From Felis catus (Eukaryota), in contig NC_058384.1 of the NCBI RefSeq assembly GCF_018350175.1, positions 30,380,001 to 30,444,000 on the forward strand: a stretch of 64,000 nucleotides of DNA, in the 5' to 3' direction. Position numbers and translations under genes: made by a program. The notes under the pieces were generated by a model. The model saw only the letters and a list, made by a program, of their open reading frames with translations, did no database searches and had not been told where the DNA came from. This document shows positions 49,351 through 62,529 of the stretch, in pieces. Position 1 is the first letter of the stretch. Each line of letters opens with the position of its first letter.

Positions 49351-51937
49351 GGTTTGAGGACAGGGTGTGGATCCTTCCATCCATCTTCAGCTGGGCCCTC
49401 ATGCTGTGTGCAGCCCCTCCTTCCTACCCTCCTACCCTGTACGGGTAACCCACCCGCCCGCTCACTCCCACCCGATGACGCACATCCTTCACCAGCAGGA
49501 TAAAAGCCATTTAATGTACAGTCTGTCAACTTCTACCTCCTCATCTACCTTAAACTCTTCCTCATCTCCCCCCTTCATTTGCTCCGACGACCTTAACAGC
49601 TGTCTCCTGCTGACAGGTGCAGACAGGCTCCTTAACACTCCAGATCCATCCTCTCTGCCTATTCCTTCCCCATCTCCTGCTCTGGTTTTTCTTCCTCTGG
49701 GCTACTCAGGGCCTGCCGGCACTTCCTTCCTTCCTCATCAACTTATCCAACTTTCGCTTCAACGGTCGCTTTTCAGTAGACGGCTCTAATGACATTATCT
49801 CTACTCCTCAACTTCCTCAAACTCCAGAACTGCACTCAGCAGCTTCTAGGACACCGTCCCAGGATGCCTGAGAAGCGCCTCAAATCCCACAGTCCAGACT
49901 CAAATGCACCTTCTTCCTCCACTGTTCTCAGATGCCCAGCACCCGGCGCATCACCCTGACTACTGTCTCCACAACCAGTTTCTGATATCTTGCTGGCTTT
50001 ACCATTCCTGAACACTCATGGTAACTTTTTCAGGTTAAAACCTGAACATGGCTTGGACTGCAGAGTTCCTGTGGATGCAAGCAAAATGGATCCAACAGGG
50101 ATCGTTTGAAAAACCCACAGCTGCCACTCGGGGCATCAATCCATGACATAGAATGCTTGGGGTTTCAAGTGCTCAGGACTTCATGTGCTCAGGACTTTAG
50201 AGGGCAAAGCAGGGCTTTATGGACTATTCAATGGACTGTACACTGGGAGCTCCAAAGGGAAGCCCCCTCCAGGGGCAGAAAAGCTAGCAAACCAAAGGAA
50301 AGGGCCCCTTCCTTGCTTCTTGAGTAACCAGATTCCTACTTCTGGAATTCTATGCTACAGGACCCTCTGGGAACAGAGGACCCAGCTGGGAACAGCTGAC
50401 ATATTCATAGTCCCCTGAGACAACTGCTACTTTGTTCAGGGACGTCAATGGGTGGATGACTGCATCACAGAGTGGGGAGAGACAGGGTTAGGGTTAATTT
50501 AAGGTCAGGGTCAAGAGTCAAGGGCCGTGATCAGCATCAGAGGCAGGATTAGGGTCAGAGGCATGTGTGAAAGATCTGAAGCCAACCTGCTCCCTAAAAG
50601 GACAAAGCCATGCTGAATCCCCCCTGTTCTCCAACCTCTCTTGCTATAGGAGCTCCCAACCCCCACCCACCTCATCATCCCTCCCCTTTCAAAGCCGGGA
50701 CCCCCATCATTTCGGCCAACACCTTTCTGGCTTAGAAGCTGAACCCTGGGTTCAGCAGTGGGATGGGGAATGAGGACAAATAGGGAACGTTCCTCGAAAC
50801 TGACAACACCCCATCCTGTCCTGTTCTTCCAAAAGCAGAACCAACACTCCCTGTTCTGCCACCGTCCCAGGGCCGACCTGGGTTCCAGCCCCAGTCCCAT
50901 CACCGACCAGCTACACAACAGCACAGTGTTCGGCTTTCTTCCTCTGAAAGTGAAAACTACAGCTCTCCCTTCTTACTCTACGGCGTGGACGTGACAATAA
51001 TAACGTGCTTGCGTGAAAGCAGTTCCCCATGAATAAACCGCTCTCATTACAACTTCTCAGTTGATGCTAACGACTCCTTGTGAGATGGGCAGGGACAGCA
51101 TTTTTATCCTCGGGAAGGGCTTCCCCAGGCCACAAGGCTAATGAGCAGCAGAGCCCGGGCTCAGCCTAGACCACTGTGCGCTGTACCCACATCATCCCTG
51201 GTGCGGCGAGAGCCTCCTGTGACCCAGCACGCTGCTGGTATTAATAAAAGTAATATTTTTTCCCTGTATAGGTATGGCCCAAATATTTGCCGGTGGATTA
51301 TCACTGGTTACTTTGGGCTTCCTCAGCTTCTCCAATCTGTCACTTCTCAAGTGGGTCATTTTGACCTAAGCAGTAGGTGTGGAATCACTAGCCTCGGGGC
51401 TAAAACAGGGGAGCTAGAGTCAGCAAAGAAGAAGTGGGTATTTCTGACGCTGTGATCCAAACCATGATCACGCTTTCTGCTGGGCACAGAGGGCTGCGGG
51501 GTTTTAGGAAAGTTTCCTCGGTTCTAACAATCCGCTCTTCTGGCTGCGAGAACTGAAGCCCAGGAAGGTTACATGACATGCCTAACATCACGTAGCTCAG
51601 AAGGAGCTGAGCTGGCCCCAGACTCAGGCTTCCTAATTCTAAAGCCAGTGCTGTTCCCATGGTGCCAGGATTTCAGGCTACCCTTCATCTCTTGCAGTCT
51701 GGGGCTGGGCTCTTCTTCTGAGTCTATAGCTAACAGGTGGTGGCGTCAGCACAATGGGAGTGACGGGCAGGGGGGATCCTTCTCTACAGGGGATGCCCCC
51801 TGCGTGAGGGGCGGTCCTCTTGGAGATCTCGGTCAGCTTCAGATGCCAAGGCCCACGACACAGCTTCGTCCCCGTGGGCTAGGACAACCCCACAGATGTG
51901 TGTGTTGGGCTTTCGGGAAAGAGGAAATACTACTCAC

Positions 51938-52053
51938 GACTTGTCTCTCCTGCCGAGCCGTCTCGGGGGGCTTGCCTGTCTCCTTCTGGGGGACAGGGAT
52001 TTCCCCCGACTTCTCACTTGGGTTGGAGAATGGGCACTTGCAGGTTTCAGGAT
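51938..52053 (-). CDS. VASH2: VASH2 coding exon (ILKPASAHSPTQVRSRGKSLSPRRRQASPPRRLGRRDKS)
   Basis: Acceptor ccttcag, donor GTGAGT; 116 nt; phases fit both neighbours; absent from the ORF track. Confidence 0.96.
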
Positions 52054-52785
52054 CTGAAGGAGATGTAAGGAGTTACCACACTGGCTCCTAAAGGACCCCG
52101 CCCTCATGTCTTCCTGCCCTCAGCCCACCAAGATCCCGTGGCTTGGAAGGCACTGAAGCTGGAAGGCCTTCCAAACAGGAGGTCTGACAGATGCTCCTCT
52201 CTCAGTCTGCACTGGCAAGGAGCAAAGGTGCCGCTTCCCAGGGGCTGAAATGATTATACCATGCCCCCTTTTCCACAGCAGAGAAGCAGAGCCCAAGGCC
52301 TCAGCTCCCCTGAGGTTGCATCTGGGTGCTGGGTGCTGTCTTGTGAAAGCCAAGTCCCATCTACATTGCTCCAGAAACCAGCTTGTTTTTCCTCTGACTC
52401 TCCCACCCCACACACATGCACAGAGTGGTTTCAATTTATCAAGAATCTCGTTTCCAGGTCCCTCAGAGTGAAAATGACAGGTCCCCAAGAGCTAAACAGA
52501 ACTAAGTCTGAGGTTAGCATAGTCTCTTTTCCCCTGTGGTCCTCAGTGTAGGCACAGGCTTTCTCTCCGTGACTCCACAAGCCCTGGAGGGACAGGGACA
52601 AGCAGGCATCGTGTCACCATGGAAGTGACACGGCAGAAGCAAGAAGGCTTTACGAGTGTAGTGTATATAAAGCCAGCACAGTAAATGCTTCTTTCCTATT
52701 GTGACACTGGGTCAGGATTTTATGCCAAAACGCGTTGCAACTTAGAAAGCAGAGATATAATGCAACTCTGCAAGAGATGATAAAC

Positions 52786-52898
52786 CAGCTGACCCACTCA
52801 TCCTGCTGTGCACAGGCCCTTCTGGTTTTAAGTACTAAAAATTTCATGTCCTGGGAAACCTCTCAGTTTCAGACAAACTGAGATGATTGATCACCCTG
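52786..52898. mobile_element. MER81-like hAT-Blackjack MITE
   Basis: ~113 bp; 'ggttttaagtactaaaaatttcatgtcctgggaaacctctcagtttcagacaaactgagatgattgatcaccctg' matches the recalled MER81 layout. Confidence 0.65.
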
Positions 52899-52956
52899 TT
52901 ATAATAAAGACAGAACACAACAAAACCATAACCTTCATCTAAAATGGCTAACATTT

Positions 52957-53168
52957 GGGGCGACGGTGTGGCTCAGTCGGTTGAGTGTCCAGCTTCGGCC
53001 CAGGTCATGATCCCATAGTTCGTGGGTTCAAGCCCCGCATCAGGCTCTGTGCTGACAGCTCAGAGCCTGGAGCCTGCTTCGGATTCTGTGTCTCCCTCTC
53101 TCTCTGCCCGCCTCTGCCCCCACTCTGTCTGTTTCCCAAAAATAAACAAACATTAAAAAAATAAAAAT
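52957..53168 (+). mobile_element. SINEC
   Basis: Full body; TSD AAATGGCTAACATTT. Confidence 0.92.
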
Positions 53169-53468
53169 AAATGGCTAACATTTTAGATTTGATTGCATAG
53201 AAGGAATTGTAGGCCAAGACACTGCTGTAATTATAACATCTAAATCAACTCCAGTGTTTGAAGTAGCATATGCAAAGAGAAACTTTAATTATCCATGTCA
53301 AATAGCGAATGATTTCGATTTTTTGTTTTAATAGGGTGGCTACTAAGTAAGACAACCTCCAGGAGATTTTGACCGTCCCAGAAACACGGGGCATGAGGCA
53401 AGAGGGAAAGAGATAGAAGACAGGGATAGAACTCTTTTGCATTGCTCATTTGTCTTCCCAGCACCTAC

Positions 53469-53850
53469 CTTCATTCTCATGTCCCTGGCATATTTCTCCA
53501 GCTCCTTCCTTATGTCAGCCCTCAACATCTTTGAGACATTGAGGACCAGCTGCTTCCACTCAATGGGCTGAAAGCTATGAGGCTCATGGGGGACATACAG
53601 CCCAATCTTGACCTTCTTGACTGTGTGCAGGTACTTCTTGTAGGAGTCTTCAAAGTCAAAGATGAGGTCACTCAAAGTCCGAAAGGTCAACGGCTTGTCC
53701 ATCAGCTCAGCCCTTCGGCTCATGCCCAGTGAGCCATAGCGGCCATTGCAATAAATCCCCAGCACAACATGGTGAAAGTAGTTTCCTGAGAAGTAGGTTT
53801 TAAAGCTGATGGGGAATCGCTCGATGGAAGGCTGTCCATTGGTTAAGTAT
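53469..53850 (-). CDS. VASH2: VASH2 coding exon (YLTNGQPSIERFPISFKT...FHHVVLG...GSLGMSRR...ARDMRMK)
   Basis: Vasohibin transglutaminase-like core with catalytic His motif HHVVL; 382 nt; donor GTAGGT. Confidence 0.98.
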
Positions 53851-53999
53851 CTTAGACCATCTGAGTCAAGGAAGAGAAAGGAGACCTTGAAAATTCACAG
53901 AGCTTGGACTCCCAGTAATGGAAGTGGCCCATACGGGCAAAGTGTCCATCCCTCTGCCTCTGAGTTGGCCCACACCTTACCTTTCCAGACTAATCCTTT

Positions 54000-54219
54000 T
54001 TTTTTCATTTTTTTTTAACATTTATTTATTTCTGAGACAGAGAGAGACAGAGCATGAACGGGGGAGGGCCAGAGAGAGAGGGAGACACAGAATCCGAAGC
54101 AGGCTCCAGGCTCTGAGCTGTCAGCACAGAGCTGGACACGGGGCTCAAACTCACGGACCGCGAGATCACGACCTGAGCCGAAGTTGGACGCTCAACCGAC
54201 TAAGTCACCCAGGCGCCCC
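54000..54219 (-). mobile_element. SINEC_Fc-type element ~125 nt from the U12 branch point
   Basis: TSD AGACT(A/G)ATCCTTTT. Confidence 0.92.
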
Positions 54220-56395
54220 GAGACTGATCCTTTTAGAAAGGATTCACTTGATATCTTTGAGTACCTAGTATACAGTGCATATCAGAGCCAAGTTAATATG
54301 GGACAAAGAAAAAAACTTGCCCTCTACTTTAGCAACTAAATAAATGCAAAATGAAACAATGATCTCTCCCTTTCCCTCAGTCTTCTACAGGGCATGATGA
54401 GTATTAAAGGCTTTTTTAATGTAATCAGAATGATGTTCTCGGACATTAATTCTGGCTGGAGCGTGTGGGACAGACCAGGAACCGAAAGCCTCTGCAATGC
54501 TCCAGAGAAGAAATGAAAACCAGAATCAAGGCAAGGCAATGCGGACATAAAAGAAACAGACTGGTTGATTACCTGGATGGCAAGGTGTCAGAACAGCTCA
54601 TGCCTGCACCTCATCTGCTCCTCTCACGGGCCCCGGCACACCCATGTCGACAGCCTTGGGTACCACACAGAAAGCTGCCTCCAGCACACAAACCACAGAC
54701 TCCCCTCACCCCCAACGCGCTTGGGATCACAGCTTGGCTCTCTCCACTTATCAGCCCATTTGGATGGACTAACTCGGCCTCTTACCGCTGCCTCAGTTTG
54801 GGACCAGTAACCCCCACAGAGCGCAGCTCCAAGTAACTACCCCCCGTGACTCCACACGCTGGAGCCAGGGGCAAGAAGTGCCACATCCACGAGCCCATCT
54901 CAAAGTCCCAGGATAGCCCTGGCCAGGACCCGGTTTTCTGGAGAGTGATGCGGAAAACTCACTGGTGTCACTTTTCTGCTGAAAACATTTGGTGACTCCA
55001 GAGTGTTTCTAAGGTAGATAATCATCCGGGTGTTGAACATGGTGGCCAGGGCGTGATAAGGGCTCAGTTAGTAGAGACGGTCTTCCATTCTCTGAGCATT
55101 TCTCTTCACCGTTTCCTGCCCCCACTCCAACGTGATTTCCACACAAAGGCCAGAGTGGTCTATTCAAGCCAAAATTTGGTACACATCAGCTCTTCTGCTT
55201 AAGTTTTCAGTGTCTCTCATCTTCCCCAGACTTAGCCCAAATCCCTTACAAAAGTCCTGCCACGATTCAGCCCCTGCTCATTATTCCTTTGTACAATCTC
55301 CTTTCCGCCACACCCTGGACTAGCACACGGACCCAAGGGCGACCCGTGACTTTTTGAAGGATACGCCGGGACCGCAAAGCATCCACACCTGTGCCCTCAG
55401 CACGTATAATCCCTCATAATGTGAAGTCAAATGTAACTGAAACTCCTAAATGACTTTTAAGTGGCCTTTACAGCACAAAGCTATGAGACCAAAGCGACCT
55501 ACGAAACTTTGAACAAAATGCCACTAAACACTCTTCGCACTACATGATGCCCCCAACTGCAGTATAACTTGTCTTATGGCTTCACTGCACATCAGCCTTC
55601 TAGGGCAGGGGACTCAATTCCTTTGGGAACTCCTAGGAATCGTGAGTGATAAGGATGCTGTGGGCCCTATCCTCTTTCCATAGGCTGCACCCCAACTGGA
55701 ACAGCCTCACTGCTATCCCCTCCCCCTTCCTCTCCCTTCTCTGACCTTCCTCTGTGTGGGTTAAGTACCACCCCCACTCCCACTCAAGAACCCCTGTAGT
55801 ACCTGGTGCTTAATCACCCACTATTGTAATTGTTTATTTGTTTGCCTCTTGCAAGGAGTTCCGTTTCACATGCTGGTGTTCCCCGGGGCATAGTGCAGGC
55901 CTGGCACACGGAGGTGCTTGCTTCGTGCTTGTTGAATGGATAAACCTCCATTGTGAACATACATTCCTTACACTTCAAAAGACTGCGTCAGTGGGGGCCA
56001 ACGCAGGTTCCCTTGAAAGACAGGAACTAATAGAAGCCAGCCCGCAGCCCTGAGGTCAGCCTCGTCCTCAGCCTCAATTTAGGCACAGATGGCTCCTCTC
56101 TATAAAAATGGTTACCTGTTTTCACTTCCTCATGTGATGTTAACCGGCAGGAAGGGAGTGAAATCATATCCTTCTGAGCCCTCTTGCATCAATTCTTGCT
56201 TGTTTTCTGGGACGAGCTCTCTGGGGCTGGCATAAGGGCACTCCTTAGTTGTTTCAGTCAGTATAACAAGCACTTACTGGGTGCACATCTCCTGTGCCAG
56301 ACAGCCCACAGGTGGGGCTGTGGAGCCAAAGATCAAGGATCCAACCCTTCTCTGGAAGTCTCTCGGGGAGACAGACTCAAAGTGGACACAATATG

Positions 56396-57205
56396 ATCAA
56401 TACAGCAGTTCCTCAAAAAAATGAAACATACCATTGCCATAGGATGCAGCAATTCCACTTCTGGGTACGTACCCCAAAGAACTAAAAGCAGGGACTCGAA
56501 CCGATAGTTGCACACCCATGTTCATAGCAGCTTTGTTCACAACAGCTCCGAGGAGGAAGCAACCCAAGGGTCTGCGGGTGAACGGATACAGGAAACGTGG
56601 AGAATACATACAATGGAATATTCAGCCTTAAAAAGTTAGGAAATTCTGGGGCACCTGGGTGGCTCAGTCAGTTAAATATCCGACTCTTGATTTTGGCTCA
56701 GGTCATGATCTCAAAGTTCGTGAGTTTGAGTCCTGTGTCACTCTCTGTGCTAACAGTGCAGAGCCTGCTTGAGATTCTCTCTCCTCTCTCTGCCCCTCTC
56801 TTGCACTCTCTCTCTTTCTCTCTAGATAAATAAATAAATAAATAAACAAACTTTTTAAAAGGTTAGGAAATTCTGACACATGCTCCATGGATGAACCTTG
56901 AGGACATTATGTTAAGTGAAATAAGCCAGCCACAAAAGGACAAATACTGTACGATGGAACTTTACGAGGTATCTGAAGTAATCAAATTCATAGAGACAGA
57001 AGTAGAACGGTGGTTGGCAGGGGAGAGGGGAGAAAATGGGGAGTTAGTGTTCAACGGGCGTTTCAGTTGGAGAAGATGAAGTTCTGGACGCAGAGGGTGC
57101 TGACGGTTGAACAAAAGCATGAATGTCCTCAATGCCACTAAACTGTGCATTTAGAAACAGAATGGTAGATTTGTGTTATGAATATTTTACTGCAGTTAAA
57201 AACCC
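56396..57205 (+). mobile_element. L1MA/MB 3' end with a nested SINEC (~56648-56858)
   Basis: 'cagcaattccacttctgggtacgtaccccaaagaactaaaagcagggactcgaaccgata'; SINE TSD GTTAGGAAATTCT. Confidence 0.88.
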
Positions 57206-59471
57206 CCACACTCACCATATACGTATGTCAAGCCATTATGCTGTTCCCCTTAAGCTTACACAGTGCTGTACATCAATGGGATCTCGATAAAATGGAAAGG
57301 AACCACCCCAGTGTGATGCGTACTGTCAGAGAGGTAAGCCCAGTGCGCGCAGGGAGAGCAGAGAAGAGGTCATGCGGTGACCATGCCAAAGTTGGTCTTG
57401 TAGGACAAGTAGAGTTGGCCACGTGGAGAAGAGGGAGTGAGGAGGGTGCAGGAAAGACCGGTCTCAAGGATTTGTTCCATCTTGATGGCAATCAGGAAAG
57501 CCTTGGGACCTAGAGGACCTGGGCTCGGAGAGGGAGGGGACAAGGATGAGGGCAAGGAATCGTCTGGGCTTTTCTAGGGAAGAGGGAGACAGCAGTGCCC
57601 AAGCTCCTGGAAGATCCACCCGGAACCCAGCCGGCTGGGCATGTGCCTACCCCACCTCTAAGAACACACCTGTCACTTGAATCCAGCACAGAACTTTGGT
57701 ACCATGATTAACCCCTTCAGGGTCAGCGAGGCCCCCGAAATTGCTGCCGGAATTAGAAGATAACTTGGAACCAAAGCTCCATCTCTCCGGCAGGCATGTG
57801 AGAGTGTGCGCACGCACTGAGGCAAGATCGAAAGAAGGGGCTCTCCGTGAACGAATCCTGAACAGTGGCCTCACGTCAGACGAGAGGAAACAAGGCAGGA
57901 CAAGACAGGGGACACAGGGCTCTAAGCAGCAGCCAAGCTGACCTGTTTCAAAGTTGCTGAAGTACCATTTGCCTCCCCGGACCTGCAGAGGGGCCTGTGG
58001 GAGACACGGACATCTGACTCAAGCCATGTCCTTCACTGTGCTCGGGAGAAAAGTGGGCCACAGAGGTGCTGACAAAGAGCAAAGGGAAAAGACAAAGATA
58101 CTGTAACTTTTAGAATTCAGGTCTGGGTTTCTCGTCTGTGTCCAAGAGTCAAATTTCCCTGAGTTCAGCAGCGCGAGCCATGTTTCTGCACCCTTCCCAC
58201 CTCCTCTGCCCTTTTCTAAAACGTCACACTAGTAAGAACGAGGGAAAACCAAGAGCCACTGTCCCCTCATTTGGGCTGGGCCAGACGCCAGTCACAGGTG
58301 TATCCCTCACAGTCCCTAAAGATTTAAGTAATCCCAGTAAGCCAAAATCGTGTTTGGGTTTATACAATTTGCGCAGGGACACGGCTACTGGGTAAAGCAA
58401 GGTGACCTCTGTCCAGGTACACCCGGACATCCGTCAGCAGAGTCTGAGGGGAGCTGGGCCACCCAGGGAAGGGCCCGTGCTTGTGCTCTCCCTCACTGAT
58501 CCCTCCGGCAGATCCCCAACAACTGTTCACCCCCATTAAACTTGCAGGGGGCTGTGCCCAACAGCTGTGGCCGACTCCTGCCACAAAAGGGCCCTGGGCC
58601 ATCTGCTGTCCCCACCCCGTTCTGCCCTCCTGCTGGGCTCCCCAGCACACGTTTCATCTCCTTTGTGAGGAGCAGGATGGAGGTATGACAAGAGAGTGGG
58701 GCAGGGCCTCAATACGGCTCAAGTTTCCATTTTTCAAATGTCAGCCTGGGCACCTGTGGACGATCGTACTTCAGACGAGGCCTGGCCAGTGTTCTGCAGG
58801 CTGCAGACGGCCAGAAACTGCCCTTCCCGTGAAAACGTCCAGCAGACCGGGGCGCCTGGGTATGCTAAATTGATCACCCAATTTTCCAAGCCCGCAATGT
58901 GGGCTCATTGCCTCTGTCTCCTCTGACTCTTACAGCTACTCAGCCCACAAGTGGTGCCAATGACTCCCCAACTCCTTCCTCCACCTTTATGGCTCCTGGG
59001 CAGAAGTATCTCACCTCTCTGTATCCCTCATCCATTCAGCCCATCCTCCACAGACCGTCACCCAATCTGGAATCCAGAAAGCTGTATTGGTTGATTCCTT
59101 CCTCGTCAACTCTTGCCCTCATTTGACCTCTAAATCCTGTACATCCTGTCTCCTTGATGTCCCCTCACACCCGCTCCCATGGCCAGGACCATGGTTCAAG
59201 CACCACCATTTCTCTCAGGGAACAGCTCAGTCTGCCTTTCAATCTGCCCTAAGAACCACCTCTCTAAAGAACATGCCTGAGCGTGTCATGCCCTGTGCTC
59301 CAGATCTTTCCCGTGGGCTTCCCATTGCCTTCTGGAGAAAGTTCCCACTTCTCAGCACAGCCCTCAAGGACCTAACCAGTCTTACCTGGGACCATCTACC
59401 AAGTCCACGTCTTTTTGCATTTCCTTGGTTATTGCCCCCTTCCAGCTGTCCAACCCAAAGGACCACAAGTT

Positions 59472-59507
59472 TCTTTGCTCTTGTACCAGATCTTTGCTCT
59501 TGTACCA
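59472..59507. repeat. Short tandem duplication, period 19
   Basis: TCTTTGCTCTTGTACCA at 59472-59488 and 59491-59507. Confidence 0.9.
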
Positions 59508-60073
59508 TCATCACTAACTAAGTCAGTGCTGTCACAACTTTTCTGGACCATATTCCCCTTAGGCTGGGCCAGGAGTCTGGGGAAAATGGAACAGAACGTA
59601 TGGGAGAGACCAGACCCTTGTTTCAGCTCTATGTTCTGCGGAGTCAGGACTCTACGCCATTGCTTGGTCTCCTCCACAGTCTACTCTTAGAATCTTCCCC
59701 AGAGATGCATTTGGATAATCCTATTTCTCCTGAGTGTCTATCCTGTTATAAAGCCAGATGAATGCAAAAGATAATGATACACACTCTCTAGTCCCTCTAA
59801 GTTGGAATTCTCTTTGTGCCCAGCGGATGTGGCCTGAGCTAGTGGTACTGGCTTCAGCTAACAGGTTACATAGACAATGGTCCCATCAAGCTCTGATTTG
59901 GTTCAACTCCAGAAGGTGAAAGTTAAAGAGAGGCACCAGGGGAGCTTGCCAATTTCCCCCAAGGAGACAATGGGCATCATCTCTGCGAATCTAGGACAAT
60001 GAAGGCACAATCGGCCTCACTCTGAGGCTGCCATCTATGGAGTAAACTTAAGCAAACATAACTCAAAGGATAC

Positions 60074-60148
60074 ATGCCCAGGATGACAGCTTCAAGGCAT
60101 TTGATAGGCAAGGACTCCCGAGTCATTTCTTTTGCTGTTTCCATTAAC
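60074..60148 (-). CDS. VASH2: VASH2 coding exon (LMETAKEMTRESLPIKCLEAVILGI)
   Basis: Catalytic Cys motif LPIKCLEA; acceptor cctacag; U12 donor GTATCCTTT; 75 nt. Confidence 0.97.
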
Positions 60149-60708
60149 CTGTAGGATAGAGCACAACAAAGCATCTCAGGACTTGTTTCATCATGCAGTC
60201 AGTCCGTCTGTCAATCCGTCAGCGTGCCTGTCTCCACATTAGGTGCCATGCAGGATTGCAGAGAAAAGGGGAGAGCTCGGCGTGGAGGATGGAACCAAAG
60301 CACATCTGCACTGGCAGAACTAAATTCTTAAATTCTCCACTGCTCTCTCCAAGAGTTAGTTCCTGGAGGTTAGTGCCTATATTCCCCAGCATCCTCCCAA
60401 GGGGAGGGCAAGGGGCATTACACAGGACAAGGGGCTTGACAAAGAGAAAGTAAAGAAGACCACATAAAATTAATTTCACACGCCTCCCCCACCCCTGGAA
60501 GAGTTAGTCTCCACCATGGAGCTTAGCTGTCAGAGTGGCCCAAGCCCTAGCCCCACCTCCAACCTGGCCCCAGGGCACCCCCCCAATCCCAGTCCCTTAC
60601 AGACTGGATATTTGAGCACTGGGATACAGGGATAAAGAGTGAGAGAGGGAGTGGGCAGCTTTCAAGTAGGAGAGACGTCACCTGGCCCACAGATCATGCA
60701 CCACTTAC

Positions 60709-60765
60709 CCACTCAGCGGTCTCATTTTCCTAATTTCAAAGAACTGGGTCCCTGTATGATTGTAT
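60709..60765 (-). CDS. VASH2: VASH2 coding exon (YNHTGTQFFEIRKMRPLSG); earlier exons lie beyond the window end
   Basis: Acceptor cacacag, donor GTAAGT; 57 nt. Confidence 0.96.
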
Positions 60766-61184
60766 CTGTGTGAAGTATGTAAAGGGAAAGTGACAGAAAA
60801 CTCCAAAGGCCCCAGTAATCCAGCAGAGGAAGCTGTACATTGATTTCTCAAAGGGATAAAGAAGTAAGGGGCTTTCCAGAAAGTGTTCAGTAGCCAGAAG
60901 GTAGCCAAGAGCCTCTTACTCCTCAATGTCCTGCTCTGAAAATCCAGGTTCTAACTCAAGCCCCCAAACAGCTTGGATCTTTATAATAGCTATTTCAATC
61001 TGCTCTGTATTCTGTTTAGGGGAATACATGTCTTAGTTCACCTACTAGACTACAAACTCTGAGAGTTGGGATCATTTATTTATTATCTTTATATTACCCG
61101 TAATGCCTGGCACAAGCCCAACATATTCCAGTTAGCAAATATGATTAAATGCATGAGGAATAAATGAATACATGGGTAGACAGA

Positions 61185-61314
61185 CAGATAGAAAAATGGG
61201 TGGATTGGTGGAAGGGTGGATGGATGAATGGAAGGAAGGAAGGGTCGAATTGATGAAATGGAAAGGTGGGTGGGTGGAAGGATGGATGGATGGATGGAAA
61301 GAATGAACAGAATG
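61185..61314. repeat. Degenerate (GGAT)n/(GGAA)n repeat extending an L2 tail, running into an N-run
   Basis: 'ggatggatggatggatggaaag'; preceded by L2 3'-end-like 'aatgcctggcacaagcccaacata...aataaatgaata'. Confidence 0.8.
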
Positions 61315-62103
61315 NNNNNNNNNNNNNNNNNNNNNNNNNNNNNNNNNNNNNNNNNNNNNNNNNNNNNNNNNNNNNNNNNNNNNNNNNNNNNNNNNNNNNN
61401 NNNNNNNNNNNNNNNNNNNNNNNNNNNNNNNNNNNNNNNNNNNNNNNNNNNNNNNNNNNNNNNNNNNNNNNNNNNNNNNNNNNNNNNNNNNNNNNNNNNN
61501 NNNNNNNNNATAGTGCACTGTCTCTGCAGCAAAGCTTACTGTGGAGACCTCACTTTAATTTCACTGGACTGATACTAGACAATGATTATGAAGTCTGAGA
61601 AGATGACACCATTACCCACAACTTGGGATTTAGCTGCTTGCCCAGAAAGTGTCAGGGACTGGCAAGCCTGCACCAGGTCATTCTGAAGGAGACCAAAGAT
61701 TCCTTGATGTCATGCTCTCTGACACTGGATCTTGATTTTCTTCAGAGCCTGAAGAAAAGTTGCTTTACACATTTCTCTTTCCTGTCTCAAACAAAGTCCT
61801 ATAGAAAAAGTGCATGTTGGGAAGATGCTAACGAACCATGAACTTGTAACCCTGGCAGCGTGCATGAGATTAGATGTGTGACCCTACAGTGGTACAGGCA
61901 GTGGCAGAAGGTGGCACCAAGCACCTAAATGCCCTGCACACCCTCTCTGAGGAGGGTGAGGATTCCCCTCCCAGCACAGGCATGCCTGACCACTCAGACA
62001 CAAGCACAGGTAAGAGCTACCAGACAGGGGGAAGGGGGAGGAGGAGCTCATTATAGGCAGGTTCTGGGATCCACCTCTGGAGACTCCAATTTCAGGTTAA
62101 CGG

Positions 62104-62311
62104 TTTTATTTATTTATTTATTTTAATGTTTACTTTTGAGGCAGACAGAGACAGAGTGAGAGCAGGGGAGGGCCAGAGAGAGAGAGGGAGACACAGAATC
62201 TGAGGCAGGCTCCAGGCTCTGAGCTGTCAGTACAGAGCCTGATGTGGGGCTTGAACTCATGAACTGTGAGATCATGACCTGATTAACCTGACTGAGCCAC
62301 CCAGGCACCCC
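62104..62311 (-). mobile_element. SINEC
   Basis: Antisense body and (TTTA)n tail. Confidence 0.9.
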
Positions 62312-62529
62312 CAGGCTATGATCTTAACCCTAGATGTCATTTCCAAGTCACCCTGCTTGGGACTGTTCTGTTGGGAGGTTCCAGGGTGAGAGCCAGAAAG
62401 ATGATTTTAACAAGCTCACCAAGCTGGAAATTATCAGCATGAGCCATAAGAACAGCCAATAACAGTACAGGCTTGCCCAGCTATTGAAAACTGCAATATA
62501 AAAACCCTTAGAGGTAAAAGAGAAAAACG

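Larger units (their letters stand above)
53851..60073 (-). other. VASH2: U12-type (minor spliceosome) GT-AG intron of VASH2
   Basis: 5' splice site GTATCCTTT (60073-60065); branch site TTCCTTGAC (53873-53865) ~15 nt before the AG; no polypyrimidine tract between them. Confidence 0.93.

Noticed and set aside
52941-53183. TSD AATGGCTAACATTT is the same 14-mer as the TSD at 3527-3541 and 5071-5085
   Set aside because: The two SINEs are in opposite orientation with unrelated flanks, and the motif is AT-rich and resembles common L1/MIR-derived sequence; treated as coincidence
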